Positions 35,818 to 45,919 are shown, counted from the stretch's first letter. The stretch is DNA of 63,077 nt from Gammaproteobacteria bacterium (GCA_022600975.1 JAHZJJ010000168.1:1-63077); one strand, 5' to 3'. Numbers and translations are program-made. The notes: a model not told the origin generated them from the letters alone.

Positions 35818-37083
35818 TTACTGGGTGTAAACAGGAAACGCTTGGCAAATGTGTAACACCTTGGCTTTGACCTCGGTAATGGCGGCTGTTGCATCCCCTT
35901 GTTCAAGCGCGTCCAGTACATCGCAGATCCAATGAGTGAGTTGTTGGGTTTCGCTCACACCAAAGCCGCGGGTGGTAATGGCTGGAGTGCCTACACGCAG
36001 GCCGCTAGTAATAAACGGTGAGCGCGGATCATTGGGAACGGCATTTTTATTTACGGTAATATTGGCACTGCCGAGTGCTGCATCGGCGTCTTTGCCAGTG
36101 TAGGTTTTACCAATTAAATCTACCAACATAAGGTGATCATCGGTGCCACCGGAAACGATATTGATACCGCGATCGAGAAAAATTTCGGCCATGGCGCGGG
36201 CATTTTCCACCACTTTTTTCTGGTAACTCTTATATTCGGCGCTCATGGCCTCTTTGAAAGAGACTGCTTTGGCCGCAATAACATGCATCAGTGGGCCGCC
36301 CTGACCGCCGGGGAATACCGCAGAATTCAATTTCTTTTCCAGGGCTTCATTGCCGCGGGCGAGAATAATGCCGCCGCGGGGGCCGCGCAAGGTTTTATGG
36401 GTTGTGGAGGTCACCACATCGGCGTGGGCAATTGGTGATGGGTATTCACCAGCGGCAACGAGGCCGGCGACGTGTGCCATATCCACCATTAAGTAAGCAC
36501 CCACTTTGTCGGCAATAGTGCGAAAACGGGCCCAGTCCATAATGCGGCTGTAAGCAGAAAACCCTGCCACTATCATTTTGGGCTTATGCTCCAACGCCAG
36601 CTGTTCCACTTCCTCGTAATCTACCGCACCGGTATCTGGATTTAGGCCGTATTGTACGGCGTTGTAGATTTTGCCGGAAAAGTTTACCCGTGCACCGTGG
36701 GTCAGATGGCCGCCGTGAGCGAGGCTCATGCCTAACACCGTATCTCCCGGCTCACACAGCGCCATGTATACTGCCGAATTGGCTTGAGAGCCCGAGTGTG
36801 GCTGTACATTGGCATAAGCAGCGCCAAATAATTTTTTGGCGCGCTCAATAGCTAGCTCTTCCACTTTGTCTACGTATTCACAGCCGCCGTAATAGCGTTT
36901 GGCCGGGTAGCCCTCGGCATACTTGTTGGTCATGCTGCTACCCTGCGCCGCCATGACTAGAGGGCTAGTATAGTTCTCAGACGCAATCAGCTCGATATGC
37001 TCTTCTTGGCGGCGATTTTCTTGAACAATAGCCTCCCAAATAGCCGGGTCATAAGAAGCAAGAGTGGCGGAAGAATCAAACAT
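35818..37083 (-). CDS. glyA: Serine hydroxymethyltransferase
   Basis: [15 protein letters not shown] and PLP-lysine motif [14 protein letters not shown]. Confidence 0.99.
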   Translation of the reverse strand: MFDSSATLASYDPAIWEAIVQENRRQEEHIELIASENYTSPLVMAAQGSSMTNKYAEGYPAKRYYGGCEYVDKVEELAIERAKKLFGAAYANVQPHSGSQANSAVYMALCEPGDTVLGMSLAHGGHLTHGARVNFSGKIYNAVQYGLNPDTGAVDYEEVEQLALEHKPKMIVAGFSAYSRIMDWARFRTIADKVGAYLMVDMAHVAGLVAAGEYPSPIAHADVVTSTTHKTLRGPRGGIILARGNEALEKKLNSAVFPGGQGGPLMHVIAAKAVSFKEAMSAEYKSYQKKVVENARAMAEIFLDRGINIVSGGTDDHLMLVDLIGKTYTGKDADAALGSANITVNKNAVPNDPRSPFITSGLRVGTPAITTRGFGVSETQQLTHWICDVLDALEQGDATAAITEVKAKVLHICQAFPVYTQ

Positions 37084-37300
37084 GATTTCACCTTAAAATA
37101 GGACGACAGCAAAGAAAAAAATTGCGGTTAATCGGGTTTATTGCGTTAGTTCCCGGATAGTAAACGGCATATTGTACACCATCGTTGCAGATGTCGTATG
37201 GGATAGTTTTTTTTTTGCGGGTGAATGGGTTAGACTCGGAAACCGTCAGGCAAATCAATCTGCATAACGGGCAGACAATCAAGGTAGGGTAAAATAAAAG

Positions 37301-39511
37301 ATGTATAAAAAGGTATGTTTACTATTTTTTATCACGTTTTCAGCATTTTCTGCTGCTGAAGAATTGACCATTGAGAGAATATTTTCGAGCCCGGCATTGA
37401 GTGGTGCTACGCCCAAAAGCTTAAAATATTCTCCAGACGGCAGCCGGGTTACTTTTCTCAAGGGTCGCGCCGATGATCGGCAGCGCTACGATTTGTGGGA
37501 ATACAGCCTCAGCGACAATAAAACCCGAATGCTGGTAAATTCTGATTCGCTCTTTAGTGGCGAAGAAGTATTGTCAGACGAAGAGAAGGCGCGCCGAGAA
37601 CGTAAGCGTATTTACGGCAGTGGCATTATGGAATACAGCTGGTCAGAATCGGGGCAAGCATTGCTTTTCCCTTTGGCTGGCGATGTTTTTTATTACGATA
37701 TTGCCAAACAAAAATCCCAGCAGCTAACGAAAAGCCCGGCGTTTGAAACGGACATACAGGTTTCTCCTAAGGGACAATATGTCTCCTTTATTCGCGAGCA
37801 GAATATTTTTGTTGTTGATCTTAAAACTGGCGAAGAGCACCAGCTTACCCAGGATGGCAAAGGTCCAATTAAAAACGGTATGGCTGAATTTGTTGCTCAG
37901 GAAGAAATGGGCCGCACCACAGGTTACTGGTGGTCACCAGATGATCGACATATCGCTTACTTGCAAATAGATGAAAGCCCAGTTGATGAAATAGTGCGTA
38001 GTGAAATTTATGCAGATCGCATCGACATGATCAAGCAGCGCTATCCTGCTGCCGGTCGCCCAAATGTGCTAGTTAAGTTGGGTATTCTCGATTTGCACAG
38101 TGGCAAGACTCGATGGCTGGATCTGGGTAAAGAGCGCGATATTTATATTCCTCGAGTTAAGTGGGCGCGGGACACATTGCTTAGCTATCAGTGGCAGGCT
38201 CGCAACCAAAAAGAATTGGAGTTGCGGCTGTTTGACCTTAATAGTGGGAAAACCAATACTTTACTAACTGAGCGCAGTGACAGCTGGGTGAATCTCACTA
38301 AAGATTTGCGTTTTCTGGAAAATAGCGACGAGTTTATTTGGACCTCTGAAAAGAATGGTTACAAACATCTGTATCTATACGACTTTAAAGGTCGCCAACA
38401 ACACCCATTGAGCCAGGGTGAATGGCCAATTGATGCTTTAGAGGCGGTGGATGAAGTAAATGGCAAGGTTTATTTTAGTGGTCGTAAAGACACACCGCTG
38501 GAAAAACACTTGTATGCCGTTGACTTACAGGGTGAGATGGCTAGTAAGCCACAAAAAGTTTCCAGTCGCGCAGGCATGCACGCTTTTACTTTTGCACGCG
38601 ATGCCTCCGGCTATATTGATATCTTTTCTAACTTGAGTACCCCACCCCAGGTGGGCCTGCACAAAGTGGATGGCACGCGGGTGACCTGGTTGGAAGAGAA
38701 CGCACTGGGTAAAGAGCATCCGCTGGCCCCCTATATGGATGACTGGATTGTACCGCAGCTGGGTTCGATCAGGGCGCCGCAAGGGCATGAGTTGTTTTAC
38801 CGCATTTATAAGCCGGCAAATTTTGATGCGAACAAGCGTTACCCGGTTATGGTTTATTTGTATGGTGGGCCACATGTGCAACTGGCCACCAATGGGTGGG
38901 ACAGGCTGTTTAATCAATATATGGCGCAACAGGGGTATATCGTTTTCACCCTGGATAATCGCGGCTCCGCCAGTCGTGGCAAAAAATTTGAAGCCTCGAT
39001 TTTTGAAAAGATGGGTACTGTAGAAGTAGAGGATCAGGTAACTGGAGTTAAATTCTTACGCTCACTACCCTATGTGGATGCCGAGCGTATCGGCGTTTAC
39101 GGCCATAGTTATGGTGGCTACATGGCGCTGATGGCGATGTTTAAAGCGGGTGATTATTTTAAAGCGGGCATTTCCGGTGCTCCGGTCACTGACTGGACAC
39201 TGTATGATACCCACTATACTGAGCGCTACATGGGGAAGCTGGATGCGGATGACAAGGCCTATGCAGCTTCTTCTGTATTGGCATATACCGATGGGCTCAA
39301 GGGGCCGCTGTTAATTTATCACGGCATGGCAGATGACAATGTGTTGTTTACCAATACCACTAAATTGGTTAAAAAATTGCAGGATGAAGGCAAGCAGTTT
39401 GAGCTAATGACCTATCCTGGGAAGAAACACAGTTTGCGTGGTGAGAAAACCAGAAAGCATTGGCACAAAATGATGAAGGACTTTTTTGACCGGCATCTGA
39501 AACCCTCTTGA
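37301..39511 (+). CDS. S9B family dipeptidyl peptidase IV-like peptidase (exported)
   Basis: Signal peptide, beta-propeller (AEFVAQEEM, YWWSPD) and catalytic GHSYGG / DDNV / H. Confidence 0.93.
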   Translation: MYKKVCLLFFITFSAFSAAEELTIERIFSSPALSGATPKSLKYSPDGSRVTFLKGRADDRQRYDLWEYSLSDNKTRMLVNSDSLFSGEEVLSDEEKARRERKRIYGSGIMEYSWSESGQALLFPLAGDVFYYDIAKQKSQQLTKSPAFETDIQVSPKGQYVSFIREQNIFVVDLKTGEEHQLTQDGKGPIKNGMAEFVAQEEMGRTTGYWWSPDDRHIAYLQIDESPVDEIVRSEIYADRIDMIKQRYPAAGRPNVLVKLGILDLHSGKTRWLDLGKERDIYIPRVKWARDTLLSYQWQARNQKELELRLFDLNSGKTNTLLTERSDSWVNLTKDLRFLENSDEFIWTSEKNGYKHLYLYDFKGRQQHPLSQGEWPIDALEAVDEVNGKVYFSGRKDTPLEKHLYAVDLQGEMASKPQKVSSRAGMHAFTFARDASGYIDIFSNLSTPPQVGLHKVDGTRVTWLEENALGKEHPLAPYMDDWIVPQLGSIRAPQGHELFYRIYKPANFDANKRYPVMVYLYGGPHVQLATNGWDRLFNQYMAQQGYIVFTLDNRGSASRGKKFEASIFEKMGTVEVEDQVTGVKFLRSLPYVDAERIGVYGHSYGGYMALMAMFKAGDYFKAGISGAPVTDWTLYDTHYTERYMGKLDADDKAYAASSVLAYTDGLKGPLLIYHGMADDNVLFTNTTKLVKKLQDEGKQFELMTYPGKKHSLRGEKTRKHWHKMMKDFFDRHLKPS

Positions 39512-39525
39512 TCTTTTCAGTAAAT

Positions 39526-39564
39526 TATTTCCATCGGCCGGGCATTGCCCGACCGATGGAAATA
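39526..39564. repeat. 39-bp near-perfect palindrome after the DPP-IV gene (terminator or REP-like)
   Basis: TATTTCCATCGG-C-CGGGCA-T-TGCCCG-A-CCGATGGAAATA. Confidence 0.6.
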
Positions 39565-39834
39565 GCAAGGCGAATCGGGGCGTGTTTGCTAAGTAATTTA
39601 TGGCTTTTGTAAAAACCGACGCTCAAATATTCAAGTTTGAATGTCGCACAAATTTATATGAATACTTGTTTTTATTCAGAATAAACCGAAACTTCTCCTC
39701 TGTCGAAAGTCAGCTGTACCATCAGAATAGAACGGAATTTCAAACTATTACGACTACAGATATTAATCCTTTACCACATCCGTCTATGCTTGGTTTGCTG
39801 CGTTTCCATGTTGCAAAACTGCAACCTTATTCAA

Positions 39835-40425
39835 CTAATGAACCACCAAAACCCGCGTGCCAATTGGGGCATGTTCATAAAATATTTTTGCCATATGCCA
39901 AGGTAGGCGAATGCAGCCGTGGGATTCCGGGCGCCCGGTTACTTTCCCCGCGTGCATGCCAATGGCGCCGTTGATGCGCATAAAAAAATCCATTGAAGCA
40001 CCACGAAAGCGACTGCCGAAAGGCCGGCGGTGGCGGCGTATATCCACGTTGCTTTTTAATACATAGCCATACCGGTCTACATAGTGGCCAAATAAGTTAG
40101 AGCGGTGATCGATATCTTTTTGCGATATTTTAAAGCTTCCGGTGGGCGTTCTGGCACCGCGTATCCCAGTTGAAATGGGGGTAATACCGGTTAGGCGACC
40201 ACCCTTGTAAAAGTAAGCTCTCTGTTCGCTTAAATCAATTTTAATCTGGGGGGCGCCGTGTACTATGTCAGTGCGCCACCAGGCGTTGCCATTGGTCATG
40301 GAGCTATGGCGCATGTACGGGTGGGGGTAGTCACCGGCCTCGGCGAGGTTGCCAAATATTATAGCGGTGAGCAGCAGGCTCCACGCGATAGACTTTTTTG
40401 TCAAAGCAGCAGCAGGATATTGCAT
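39835..40425 (-). CDS. L,D-transpeptidase family protein (YkuD domain)
   Basis: Signal/TM segment, IKIDLSEQRAY, STG..TPTG and catalytic GMHAG..SHGCIRL; ATG 40425 follows GAGGTG. Confidence 0.9.
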   Translation of the reverse strand: MQYPAAALTKKSIAWSLLLTAIIFGNLAEAGDYPHPYMRHSSMTNGNAWWRTDIVHGAPQIKIDLSEQRAYFYKGGRLTGITPISTGIRGARTPTGSFKISQKDIDHRSNLFGHYVDRYGYVLKSNVDIRRHRRPFGSRFRGASMDFFMRINGAIGMHAGKVTGRPESHGCIRLPWHMAKIFYEHAPIGTRVLVVH

Positions 40426-40807
40426 AATCACCTCTGTACATGCGCAGGCACAGCTTGCGCTCAAAGGACATCTACAGGCTCGATACTAAGTTCCGGGCTG
40501 AAGGGTGGCCATATTAAAACGAAATGGCACGACTGTGGTTTAGAGCAAGATGATTGATCAAGGCTATTTAAAACAGCTACCTTTTTTGTACTCTGGCGCT
40601 GGCATATTAGTAACCCACAGAGGTTACAGCATTGGCTGAACTATTTTATGATAGAGTTTTGTTGTTGCGGGTTGCGCAGAGTTTCGGCCACTTGATGAAG
40701 TGGCGATTGGTATTTATGTAATACAATATCCCTCTTATGCATCTCGCATTTATCGGCGGCGTACATGTACAGTTTTAACTATTTTTAACTTTTTGTGGTG
40801 TATTAGA

Positions 40808-41458
40808 ATGGCTTTGCAATTTTACTCAGTTCCAGTTACGCCATTTCAACAAAATTGCACACTGCTGTGGTGTGCGGACAGTTTGCGTGCAGCGGTGGTG
40901 GACCCGGGTGGTGATATCGACAAGATTCTCGCGGCAGTTGCCGAGCGGCAATTAAAATTGGAAAAAATTTTGCTGACCCATGGTCATTTGGATCATGTTG
41001 GTGCTACTGCAGAGTTGATGCAACAGCTTGGGCTGCCAGTGGAGGGCCCACACAAGGCCGATCAATTTTGGATTGATCAGATCGCCATGCAGGCAAAGAT
41101 GCTTGGCTTCCCAACTGTGAATAGCTTTACCCCAGATCGCTGGCTGCAGCAGGGTGATCAGGTAACCGTGGGTGATGCGCCCTTGGAGGTGATCCATTGC
41201 CCCGGCCATACTCCAGGGCATGTTGTATTTTTTCACCGTGCCAGTCACTTGGCTTTGGTAGGCGATGTATTGTTTGCCGGTTCTATAGGACGCACAGACT
41301 TTCCTCAGAGTGATCACACCGCGTTGATTCATTCAATTACCAAGAAGTTGTGGCCTTTAGGTGATGCAGTGCGATTTATTCCTGGCCACGGCCCTATGTC
41401 TACTTTTGCTCGTGAGCGGCAATCGAATCCGTTTGTGGCCGATACACAGTTTGGCTGA
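40808..41458 (+). CDS. MBL-fold metallo-hydrolase (YcbL/GloC-like)
   Basis: PVTPFQQNC, THGHLDH, PGHTPGH, GDVLFAGSIGRTDFP and PGHG. Confidence 0.92.
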   Translation: MALQFYSVPVTPFQQNCTLLWCADSLRAAVVDPGGDIDKILAAVAERQLKLEKILLTHGHLDHVGATAELMQQLGLPVEGPHKADQFWIDQIAMQAKMLGFPTVNSFTPDRWLQQGDQVTVGDAPLEVIHCPGHTPGHVVFFHRASHLALVGDVLFAGSIGRTDFPQSDHTALIHSITKKLWPLGDAVRFIPGHGPMSTFARERQSNPFVADTQFG

Positions 41459-41571
41459 ATGGTAATGTTTTGCTGCACCAAGGTTAGAATGAGCCAATGG
41501 TTGCAACTCTAACCGATACACAGAAAATCCATTCAAAAAGTTTTTTACTTCACATTAAAAGGGGAAGCTAC

Positions 41572-42009
41572 TTGGCAATTTGGTACCACACTCCAACACT
41601 GGAGCAGCTTAATCAAGGCTTGGCAGACTGTATGCCTGGGCATTTGGGTATGCGTGTTAGCGAAATTGGAGAAGATTTTTTAGCCGGTTGTATGCCGGTG
41701 GATGGGCGCACCCGCCAGCCTTACGGTATTTTGCACGGCGGTGCCAGTGTAGCGCTGGCGGAAACTCTGGGCTCGCTCGCAGCCAATTTGGTAGTCGATA
41801 ATAGCCAATTCTACTGTGTTGGACAGGAGATCAATGCCAATCATTTGCGCCCGGTAGCTGAAGGTGAAGTCACCGCGGTGGCGCGTCCGGTGCATTTGGG
41901 CCGCAGTAGTCAGGTATGGGAGATTCACATCAGCGCACCTGGTGGCAAACTTAGCTGTATTTCCCGGATTACCATGGCGGTAATAGCGGCGGGCGCGAAT
42001 AATCACTAA
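41572..42009 (+). CDS. Hotdog-fold thioesterase (PaaI/YdiI/EntH-like)
   Basis: QPYGILHGGASVALAETLGS and GQEINANHLRPV; TTG start after AAGGGGA. Confidence 0.9.
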   Translation: MAIWYHTPTLEQLNQGLADCMPGHLGMRVSEIGEDFLAGCMPVDGRTRQPYGILHGGASVALAETLGSLAANLVVDNSQFYCVGQEINANHLRPVAEGEVTAVARPVHLGRSSQVWEIHISAPGGKLSCISRITMAVIAAGANNH

Positions 42010-42716
42010 TGCATGATGCGGCACAGTTTATTTTTGAGGGTGTAGATTATCGGCTAGTGCGTTCATCGCGGCGTAAACGGCTGGGAATCATATTGACCGC
42101 AAACGGTGTGGAGGTGCGCATTCCCGCGCGCTGTGCAGCGCAACAAGGACACCAATTTCTGCGTGAAAATATCCATTGGATACAACAGCAGCTGTGCCGT
42201 GCTGCCGCGCGACAAGCACAAATTCCCCACTATGAATATTGTTTTGGCCAACACTTTCCCTGGTTGGGGGAAAAGTTGCCACTGCTGCGCGCAGAAAACA
42301 GTGGCAGCAGTGGCATTATGGAAGGCGCTTTGTCTGTGTATAGCCATTACCGGGATCCCAGCCAAGCACAATTGCGCAATGGCTTGCACCAATTGTATCA
42401 GCGTGAGGCGCTGGCCTTGCTGCGGCAGAAGTCGGTGCGTTTGGTGGCCGATTTAGGGCTAAAGCTATCGGCTGTGGGGGTGCGGCGGACGAAAAGTAAA
42501 TGGGGCCACTGCACCAGTGGTGGAGCTTTACAATACAATTGGTTGATCTGCTTAGCGCCGGAACCGGTAGTGGATTATCTGGTGGCGCACGAGGTTAGCC
42601 ATTTGCGCCACCATAACCACAGCCGAGAGTTTTGGCAGCTGGTGCAAAGTGTGTGTCCGGATTATCAATGTTTGCGTCGATGGCTGCGTGAGCATGGGCA
42701 TTGTTTGCAAGTATGA
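42009..42716 (+). CDS. YgjP/DUF45-like zinc metallohydrolase
   Basis: RSSRRK, KSKWGHC and DYLVAHEVSHLRHHNHSREFW (HEXXH). Confidence 0.87.
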   Translation: MHDAAQFIFEGVDYRLVRSSRRKRLGIILTANGVEVRIPARCAAQQGHQFLRENIHWIQQQLCRAAARQAQIPHYEYCFGQHFPWLGEKLPLLRAENSGSSGIMEGALSVYSHYRDPSQAQLRNGLHQLYQREALALLRQKSVRLVADLGLKLSAVGVRRTKSKWGHCTSGGALQYNWLICLAPEPVVDYLVAHEVSHLRHHNHSREFWQLVQSVCPDYQCLRRWLREHGHCLQV

Positions 42717-42768
42717 TGAGGTCGCCAATGTTGGCGCAAAAGAATGTTCAATTTACGGGAATTTTTGT

Positions 42769-43134
42769 ATGGTTGAAGCGCTTTTGGGGCAGGATTTTGA
42801 AGAAAACTGCGCGCGGTTTTTACCCGAAGCGATGGAGCAGGGCTGTGTGTGGGCGCTGGAGGGCGATAGCGGCTTTGCTTTGTGCGCGTCGGAAAAGTAT
42901 GCCGATGCTGAGGTGATGCCTTTTTGGTCGCGACGAGAATATGCTGAATTTCATTTACAAGAAGATTGGGCTGATTACGCCGTGGTGGCGGTGGATTTAC
43001 AGGAATTTCTCGACGATTGGTTAACTGGTATGCACAGCGATGTGTTGCTGGTGGGAATTAACTGGAATACTGCGTTAGCGGGTGAGGAAATGGAGCCGCT
43101 GGATTTGCTGGAAGCGTTAGAGCAAGAACTTTAG
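42769..43134 (+). CDS. DUF2750 family protein
   Basis: Acidic protein with VWAL, VMPFWS..YA, FLDDWLTGM and VGINW. Confidence 0.8.
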   Translation: MVEALLGQDFEENCARFLPEAMEQGCVWALEGDSGFALCASEKYADAEVMPFWSRREYAEFHLQEDWADYAVVAVDLQEFLDDWLTGMHSDVLLVGINWNTALAGEEMEPLDLLEALEQEL

Positions 43135-43170
43135 CCCGAAGGGCACAATGCCATGGTTCGAGCTATATCA

Positions 43171-44283
43171 TCACTTGGGTTGGGGTGCTTTATAAACTAC
43201 ATGGGCATTGCGGGTATTAATCCACTCGGCCACCTCCTGATAATTGCCACGAAATAAAATATTAGTTTGCCGTTGGCGCATCAGGTGATGATAAGCCTTG
43301 TCGTAATAATCCTTTAAAAGGGTCATTACCAGGGGTAAATAAGCCTCTGAGTTGCCGTTGCGCTGTAGCTCAAGGTTGGCCTGTCGCAATTGTTGGTCCA
43401 GTTTTTGATAACGTAGACTACCAAGGCGTTTTTGCAGTTTACTGAGGCTGTTTTGCAGCTGGGCTCCCAGTGCCTGTTGTGGATCGACATCGGCGGCAAA
43501 GCGCGGCAAAGCGGCACTGACATAGTCTTTGACGATGCGCCGTGCGCGCGCTTCAAGGGGTTCATCAAGCATCACTTGGGGAGCGGCTTTCATTGCCCTC
43601 TGCAGAGGTAGTGGCAGCGCGCAGCGACCGATTAAATGGCTTTCGTCTTCAACAAAGACCGCTGCGGACCGTTGTGCAAGTTTGAGCAGATCGATGCTAA
43701 TCTGATTTTCAAAGTTGATTTGTGTGGGTTGGGGTTCGCCGCTATGGCCGAAACTAGAGCCCCGGTGTCGTGCGCGCTGCTCCAGATCGAGCGCCCGAGG
43801 GCAGCGTTGAATCAGTTCGGTTTTGCCGCTACCAGAGTGCCCGGCAATGACGATCAGCGGCAACTGAGCGCAGTTGTGAGCCAGCTGTTCGAGCAGATAA
43901 GTACGCATCTCCTTGTAGCCTCCCTCAACAAGGGGATAATGAATAGTTGCGTCGCGCAGGATCTGTTGGCTGGTGTGGGAGCGCAAGCCGCCGCGAAAGC
44001 AGTAAAGATACCCTTCGGGGTGCCGTTGAATGTAGCGATGCCAGTACTCTACACGTTCTGCAACTACAGCCTTGGTTCCAAGTTCCCAACCCAGTTGAAT
44101 GGCCGCTTGTTGGCCCTTGCGGCGGTATTCAATACCGATAATATGGCGTTGGGCATCGTCTAGCAGTGGCAGATTCTGCGCTTGTGGAAAGGCGCCGCGA
44201 TTAAATTCAGAAGGGGAGCGCACATCCATAAGCGGTGTGTCAGTGACAAATAGCCGATGCAGATCAGCAGTATCTTGGCGCAA
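43171..44283 (-). CDS. mnmH: tRNA 2-selenouridine(34) synthase MnmH/SelU
   Basis: Rhodanese (DVRSPSEF, YCFRGGLRS), P-loop GHSGSGKT, HRGSSFG, QPTQINFEN and VEDES; likely TTG start at 44283 after GGAG. Confidence 0.95.
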   Translation of the reverse strand: MRQDTADLHRLFVTDTPLMDVRSPSEFNRGAFPQAQNLPLLDDAQRHIIGIEYRRKGQQAAIQLGWELGTKAVVAERVEYWHRYIQRHPEGYLYCFRGGLRSHTSQQILRDATIHYPLVEGGYKEMRTYLLEQLAHNCAQLPLIVIAGHSGSGKTELIQRCPRALDLEQRARHRGSSFGHSGEPQPTQINFENQISIDLLKLAQRSAAVFVEDESHLIGRCALPLPLQRAMKAAPQVMLDEPLEARARRIVKDYVSAALPRFAADVDPQQALGAQLQNSLSKLQKRLGSLRYQKLDQQLRQANLELQRNGNSEAYLPLVMTLLKDYYDKAYHHLMRQRQTNILFRGNYQEVAEWINTRNAHVVYKAPQPK

Positions 44284-44406
44284 AAGCTTACTCCGGTAAG
44301 TTGTTGTCACAAGGAGGTGTATTTCCAAGGCGCAAAGTATACGGCTATTATTGAGGCCAGTGTAGAGAGGGCTACCTGCAGGGAATGCCGGAGTTGACGG
44401 AGTGTC

Positions 44407-44853
44407 TCAAGCTATAGAGTCATCAATGGGTTCAGCGAGTTTTGCTAGATATTCTCCACAAAAGCGCAACGCATCGGAGACAGTTATAATTCCCGCTAGT
44501 TCACCTTCGCGCATCACTAAAACCGAGCCGATACCAGTTTCTGCCATAGCTAGCAGAATTTTATCCAAAGGGTCATGAATATCGGCGATATAGGGGCGGT
44601 CTGCGCATAAATCACGAACATACAATTGCTGCTCATCCAGTCGGTGGCCGGGCGCGTTGGCGCGCTCTATATCGCTAAGAGATATGATGGTTTCAAGGTC
44701 GCCATCGCGGGTCACAGGCAGATGGCGCACTTGATATTGTTCCATTAGTTGCTGTGCTGTTTCGACCTTACTATCAATATCAATATGATGTGGGAAAGGT
44801 GTCATTAGCGCGGCAAGTTTGGGGATATGATGGAAATCGCTAGGTTTATGCAT
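44407..44853 (-). CDS. CBS-domain pair protein
   Basis: LMTPFP..VRHLPV and GSVLVM..LAGIITVSD, i.e. two CBS repeats. Confidence 0.88.
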   Translation of the reverse strand: MHKPSDFHHIPKLAALMTPFPHHIDIDSKVETAQQLMEQYQVRHLPVTRDGDLETIISLSDIERANAPGHRLDEQQLYVRDLCADRPYIADIHDPLDKILLAMAETGIGSVLVMREGELAGIITVSDALRFCGEYLAKLAEPIDDSIA

Positions 44854-45013
44854 AAACTGATGTTGTGGCAATAGCTATACAAAGCATAGAATAGCGTGCA
44901 TTGCTTTCACACAAGGTGATGCTGATGCGAACTTTACATACTGAAGTGGCGTATGTATCAATCCGCTAATACTGGCAATTTACATTCACATTGCCTGCCG
45001 ACGTGAATAGCAC

Positions 45014-45054
45014 TTGCTATTTAGTGTGAAGGCATTATCATTCCCGCCTTCACA
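45014..45054 (+). promoter_or_regulatory. Candidate sigma70 promoter for the mvaT-like gene, overlapped by a 9-bp inverted repeat
   Basis: TTGCTA-16-TATCAT, then GC-rich TCCCGCC; TGTGAAGGC/GCCTTCACA flank the -10. Confidence 0.4.
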
Positions 45055-45399
45055 AATACATCTGCACACTGGCAGATAATGCGGTGATGCACTAATCGTT
45101 TAGTATTTGTATATGCTAAGGACTGATGCAGTGAATCCCAGCCACTATAATTTGGTCATTGACATTTGAAATTACAGTTTCTCAGGCATATTGCAACTTT
45201 GTTTTCGGATGCATTTTATATTTGTGATTAGTTATGTTGAAACTTATTTTAATTTCAACAATCAATTTTTTATTCGTATGCTGAAAGGCTTTTGATTTAC
45301 TTTACGATGGTTTCTCTAAGCTGTCGTGTAGCATTATTCAATTGTTTTTCAGCTGTTGAATTATTGTATTAATAAATATGATATTTTGAGGTTTTTACC

Positions 45400-45894
45400 A
45401 TGTTTCAAGAATTTGAAAAAATAGAGCAACAGATTGCCCAGCACCAGGCGCAAATCCAGCAGCTTGAAGAACAAAGAATGTTGGTGGAGCGCAAAAAGCA
45501 AGCTGTAATTGCTTTTGATAAAGCACTTGTTAATCTGGCAGCAGAATATAGTGTAGAAGAAACCGACATGTATGTCGCCCGTGGAGATCAAATGGTCGAC
45601 TGGCTGTTGAGTCAGTTGGACGATGAAGGCGCACCGGAGTTTGTTCAGTCACTGAAAACCCGGATGGCGCGCCAGATAAAGCGCGAAGGGGAAGGTGGTC
45701 GCCGCACTCGTCGTTCCAATAATAAAGCGCGGGTAAATGGCAGCCAAAAGCCCATTGAGCCAAAACTGGAAACTGGTCATTACCAAAATCCGTATACTGG
45801 GGCCACGGTAGAAAAGAAAAAGCGCAATCCCAAATCGCTTACCCAGTGGATTGAAGAGCATGGGCTGGAAACGGTTAAGGCTTGGAAGGTGTAA
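45400..45894 (+). CDS. MvaT/H-NS-like nucleoid-associated protein (divergent)
   Basis: N-terminal coiled coil, basic linker and C-terminal YQNPYTGATVE...NPKSLTQWIEEHG..V..W matching the MvaT DNA-binding domain pattern; GAGG RBS. Confidence 0.8.
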   Translation: MFQEFEKIEQQIAQHQAQIQQLEEQRMLVERKKQAVIAFDKALVNLAAEYSVEETDMYVARGDQMVDWLLSQLDDEGAPEFVQSLKTRMARQIKREGEGGRRTRRSNNKARVNGSQKPIEPKLETGHYQNPYTGATVEKKKRNPKSLTQWIEEHGLETVKAWKV

Positions 45895-45919
45895 TTATTT
45901 GAGGCTTGTTTTTCTTGAG

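Noticed and set aside
37207-37216. T10 homopolymer between glyA and the DPP-IV gene as a phase-variation tract
   Set aside because: A single intergenic tract outside the predicted glyA promoter spacer; chance or a sequencing artefact is as likely.
39600-39974. 124-aa + strand ORF overlapping the L,D-transpeptidase end
   Set aside because: No RBS or family motif, and it overlaps a real gene on the opposite strand.
40525-40539. Sigma54 promoter (TGGCACG)
   Set aside because: The -12 element reads TGGT rather than TTGC.
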